From Negaprion brevirostris (Eukaryota), in contig JARDVH010000124.1 in assembly GCA_030324005.1 (NCBI GenBank), forward strand, positions 32,668,418-32,732,417: a stretch of DNA of 64,000 nt, read 5' to 3'. Positions 63,986 through 64,000 of the stretch are shown here, piece by piece. Numbering within the stretch: position 1 is the first letter of the stretch; each line of letters begins with the position of its first letter. The notes under the pieces are model-generated. The model was not told where the DNA came from and did not search any database. It worked only from the letters and a program-made list of their open reading frames with translations. The position numbers were made by a program, and so were the translations under genes.

Positions 63986-64000
63986 ATTTAAAACTCCCTA

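Overview
Eukaryotic genomic DNA from a gapped draft assembly, very likely a shark. The HE1/V-SINEs, CR1/HER1-type LINEs and a Deu-domain SINE are typical of elasmobranchs. No intact protein-coding gene is visible, and the listed ORFs are transposon remnants, gap-spanning artefacts or noise. Most of the window is nested transposon fossils: CR1, L2 and Rex-Babar LINEs, tRNA SINEs, several PIF/Harbinger remnants with related MITEs, a fragmented Gypsy LTR element and Penelope-like ends. A decayed KDZ (Kyakuja-Dileera-Zisupton)-type transposase probably lies at about 2.8-4.75 kb. A strong splice acceptor at 14398, followed by about 2.8 kb of repeat-poor AT-rich sequence, suggests the last exon and 3' UTR of an unidentified + strand gene. 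Several repeat-free blocks downstream look like candidate conserved non-coding elements. The most notable items are an 84-bp-arm Penelope-derived palindrome with a 15-bp target-site duplication (TSD) and a minimal hammerhead motif on each strand, the KDZ fossil, two inverted duplications of flanking DNA, and a minisatellite derived from a SINE head. All family assignments come from manual translation and recalled motifs, not database searches, and most boundaries are approximate.
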